Shown here: positions 31,982-34,292 of the stretch, piece after piece
Layout of the letters: the number at the start of each line of letters is the position of its first letter
Numbering within the stretch: the stretch's first letter is position 1
Position numbers and translations under genes: made by a program
DNA from: a virus
IMG/VR virus record: IMGVR_UViG_3300044701_001886
Length of the DNA stretch: 34,292 nucleotides
Reading direction: 5' to 3' (one strand)
The notes under the pieces: generated by a model
Databases searched by the model: none
Told to the model about the DNA's origin: nothing
What the model saw: only the letters and a program-made list of their open reading frames with translations

Positions 31982-33892
31982 TTACTGATTCGCTGGTAAC
32001 AGTGATTGAGTCATAGCAGGAGCAACTGAAGCGCCTGCGGGGCCAAGTGCGCCCAACGCGCGAGCGCCACCACGCTCCAACATACTGCGCTGCTGCGCAA
32101 GACTCAGCAAATACGCGGCTTCTTGCGGGTCTAGCAGTGCGTTTGCAATCTGCGGCGTGATCCGCTGCTCTCCGGCCCGCGCAGCAAACTGAACCGGGCG
32201 CATAAGGCTTTCTAGCAGCGTACTTTCCGCCCACGATTCCGGCAGTCCGGTAGGCCCGAGAACTTGCCGCAGGAAATTCTGCGAAACGAAATTCTGCCCA
32301 GTGTTTGATCCGACCGCACGCCCAAGGTTTGCAGCATTGGCAACACCGGCAATCTGATCGCGCAATGCGTTGACGGTCGCCATCTGATCCGGCGACATGA
32401 TTTGCTCAAACCGCGCACCCCGCCAGCCGGTAGCACTTCGAGCAAGGTCATCGGCATTCATCAGCGCACGGGCAAACGACTCGCCACGTTCGCCAACCGC
32501 ACCCGAGGCCGGTTGCAGCTTTTCCAGCAACGCGCGGCCGACATCCATTTGATTGATCGGCTGCGAAGCGGCGCGGTATCCCTCTCGTGCGACCTTAAAT
32601 TGAGGGTTTGCGCCCTCCATCCATGACAACAGTTGCTTTTGCAGGTTGCGGACAGCATCACCGGCTTTTCCGGTAAAGCCGGACGCAGGGTCAGACAGCA
32701 TTTCATCCATTGCCATTTTGAGGTCTTGCAAGCCTTGGCCGGTAACCTGCGCTTTTTGCGTAGACGGCGCAGCCGGAGAAATGACAACGGGATTGCCGTT
32801 TGCGTCAAGCACGGTTGAAACTTGCGCCGGTCTTGCTGGAGACCCGCTTACAAACGAAAATTGACGCCCCTCGTTTTCAGCAAGGGTTTTCGCCCGCGCC
32901 ATAGCCTGCCGCACTGCGGGCCTGCTCAAAAGGCTGGCGAGTTGATCGTCAACCGTGTAGTTAGCTTGTGTCGCCGCTTGATAGGCTTGCTGCGCTAGTT
33001 GCTCCCTTGACGCCACAGCGGCTTGACGTTGCGCGGTAGTTCCTGCAATGCTTTCCAGTGCGGCGGCGCGGGCGTCTTGGTTTTGCATTGCCCTTTGCGC
33101 CAAGGCTCGACCAGCGTCCGGATTATTTGCAATCGTCCGTTGCAGTTGTGCTAGTCCGGGATCGCGGGCAATTTCGGCGGCGGTCTGCTGAACGCCAGGA
33201 ATGCGCGAGGGCTGCGCCGCAGCAAGCGCGGCAGATGCTTGCGCCGGATCGGACGCAAACGCTTGCATTGTCCTTGCGGCAATCTGCTGCTGCCCACGCT
33301 CCGTAAACGGCGCGGCTAGCGACTTGACTCCTTGATAACCCGCACCGATCAATCGGCCAGCAAGTTGCGCGGCAGTACCAGCGGCACCGCCAATTGCAGT
33401 GTTCGCAATGGTTTCGCCCGTGCTGGCACTCGGGGCGGCAAGTCCTGAGCCTGCGCCAATAGCGGCGGCACCGGCATAGGTGTTCGCTCCTGGCACAAAG
33501 GCAAGCGGCGCAAGCGATGCGGCAGCGCCGACAATGTTGCCGACTTGCCCCGCGCCGGTCTGCATCAATTCCTCGTCAAGCTCTCGCGCACGGCGAATAT
33601 CATCGCGCGAGACAACACGGGCCATCTGGCCAACTCCACGGGCAACGTCAGTAAAGCCCTTGCCCATGCCCGCCAGAAAATTCGTCGTTCCTGGTGAAAG
33701 GCCGACGCCCGTATCAATGCGGCCAAACGGCGTGGCAAATTGCAGCGTGCCGCCTGTGTCTGTGGCTTTAGGCCTAGGCGCGTCTTGCGGAGTAGCGCTA
33801 CGCATAGCCATCAGCCCCGCATCAGAAACGCGAGACAGATCGCCTGAGCGCAGCGCCATCAGGTCATCATCAGACAGCTTTGACAAATCCAT
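31982..33892 (-). CDS. Putative internal virion/ejection protein (636 aa)
   Basis: N-terminal LSKLSDDDLMALRSGDLSRVSDAGLMAMR repeats and a long Ala/Gln/Gly-rich sequence, typical of podovirus injection proteins. Third of three consecutive such genes. Confidence 0.55.
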   Translation of the reverse strand: MDLSKLSDDDLMALRSGDLSRVSDAGLMAMRSATPQDAPRPKATDTGGTLQFATPFGRIDTGVGLSPGTTNFLAGMGKGFTDVARGVGQMARVVSRDDIRRARELDEELMQTGAGQVGNIVGAAASLAPLAFVPGANTYAGAAAIGAGSGLAAPSASTGETIANTAIGGAAGTAAQLAGRLIGAGYQGVKSLAAPFTERGQQQIAARTMQAFASDPAQASAALAAAQPSRIPGVQQTAAEIARDPGLAQLQRTIANNPDAGRALAQRAMQNQDARAAALESIAGTTAQRQAAVASREQLAQQAYQAATQANYTVDDQLASLLSRPAVRQAMARAKTLAENEGRQFSFVSGSPARPAQVSTVLDANGNPVVISPAAPSTQKAQVTGQGLQDLKMAMDEMLSDPASGFTGKAGDAVRNLQKQLLSWMEGANPQFKVAREGYRAASQPINQMDVGRALLEKLQPASGAVGERGESFARALMNADDLARSATGWRGARFEQIMSPDQMATVNALRDQIAGVANAANLGRAVGSNTGQNFVSQNFLRQVLGPTGLPESWAESTLLESLMRPVQFAARAGEQRITPQIANALLDPQEAAYLLSLAQQRSMLERGGARALGALGPAGASVAPAMTQSLLPANQ

Positions 33893-34292
33893 CAGCGGCC
33901 CCCGCGTGCAGCGGCACGCCTGCGGATTTCGGCCTCGACTGCATCTTGCGGCGGCAGGTTCGGCGCACCTTGTTGCGCACCACCGAAGAATTCCTGATAG
34001 CTCCGGCGCGATTCGTTGATCTTCGGCGTGTTAGGCGATGCCGGGTCAAAGATTGGATTGGCGTTTAGGTAGCGTTTCCATTCGCGGTCAGCCCCGTCTA
34101 GGTGCCCGTTCACGGTCACATAGTCGCGCATGAATTGTGCGCGGTCCTCGGCATTGCGAGCGTTGGCGATAATGCCCGTTGCGATTGCTTCGTTTGTCGC
34201 CGGATTCTTCGTGCGGCCCACGGTCGCCATCTGGAACATCTTGGCATCGAAATCCGATGTCGCGCCAGATCCTGGCTGACGCATTTGCGGCG
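33892..34292 (-). CDS. 3' part of the same wrap-around ORF (unique part 33892..34165)
   Basis: Tracked ORF 33892..34284 (MRQPGSGATSDFDAKMF...) is the in-frame continuation of the minus-strand ORF that leaves the window at base 1. Its start codon overlaps the stop of the 636-aa gene. Confidence 0.7.
   Translation of the reverse strand, partial: PQMRQPGSGATSDFDAKMFQMATVGRTKNPATNEAIATGIIANARNAEDRAQFMRDYVTVNGHLDGADREWKRYLNANPIFDPASPNTPKINESRRSYQEFFGGAQQGAPNLPPQDAVEAEIRRRAAARGGR
34166..34292. repeat. Second copy of the 127-bp terminal redundancy
   Basis: Identical to bases 1-127. Confidence 0.9.

Overview
The window is a complete tailed-phage genome, either circular or circularly permuted. Bases 1-127 repeat exactly at 34166-34292, so the unique length is 34,165 bp and one late gene is split across the window ends. 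The gene content fits a P22-like podovirus of a Gram-negative host: P22-type coat, portal, gp4-like and gp10-like proteins, three large ejection-type proteins, two different fibre proteins, a GH108 endolysin and embedded Rz/Rz1 spanins.

A divergent control region lies at about 20.42-20.60 kb.
- Leftward (minus) unit: cro-like gene, two wHTH genes, SNF2 helicase, beta-class MTase, DUF1376 replication protein, small nuclease/Zn-ribbon/GNAT genes, terS, terL, portal, a five-gene block, scaffold, coat, adaptor, hub, Gly-rich fibre, ejection proteins (wrapping through the ends), C1q-like fibre, lysis cassette and a 362-aa tail-anchored protein.
- Rightward (plus) unit: tiny membrane ORFs, an Erf / YqaJ-exonuclease / SSB-tail protein / Ref recombination module, and accessory genes.

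The two units converge on a hairpin terminator near 28.0 kb. Most genes are translationally coupled through ATGA, TGATG or TAATG overlaps. I recognised no integrase, CI-type repressor, partition genes, RT, tRNA or CRISPR.

The most unusual items are:
- an untracked 36-codon acidic ORF with a double-glycine-leader-like motif
- an 84-bp perfect direct repeat bracketing a cassette that encodes a (G-Y/N)n low-complexity protein
- a 362-aa tail-anchored protein coupled to the spanins, with an AT-rich central domain
- a five-gene block, including tandem paralogues, inserted between portal and scaffold
- an 11-bp-periodic iteron-like array inside the replication gene
- four ACCGAATW sites in the switch region
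- a conserved dyad at three late-gene stop codons

All family assignments come from motif recognition by eye. No searches were run.
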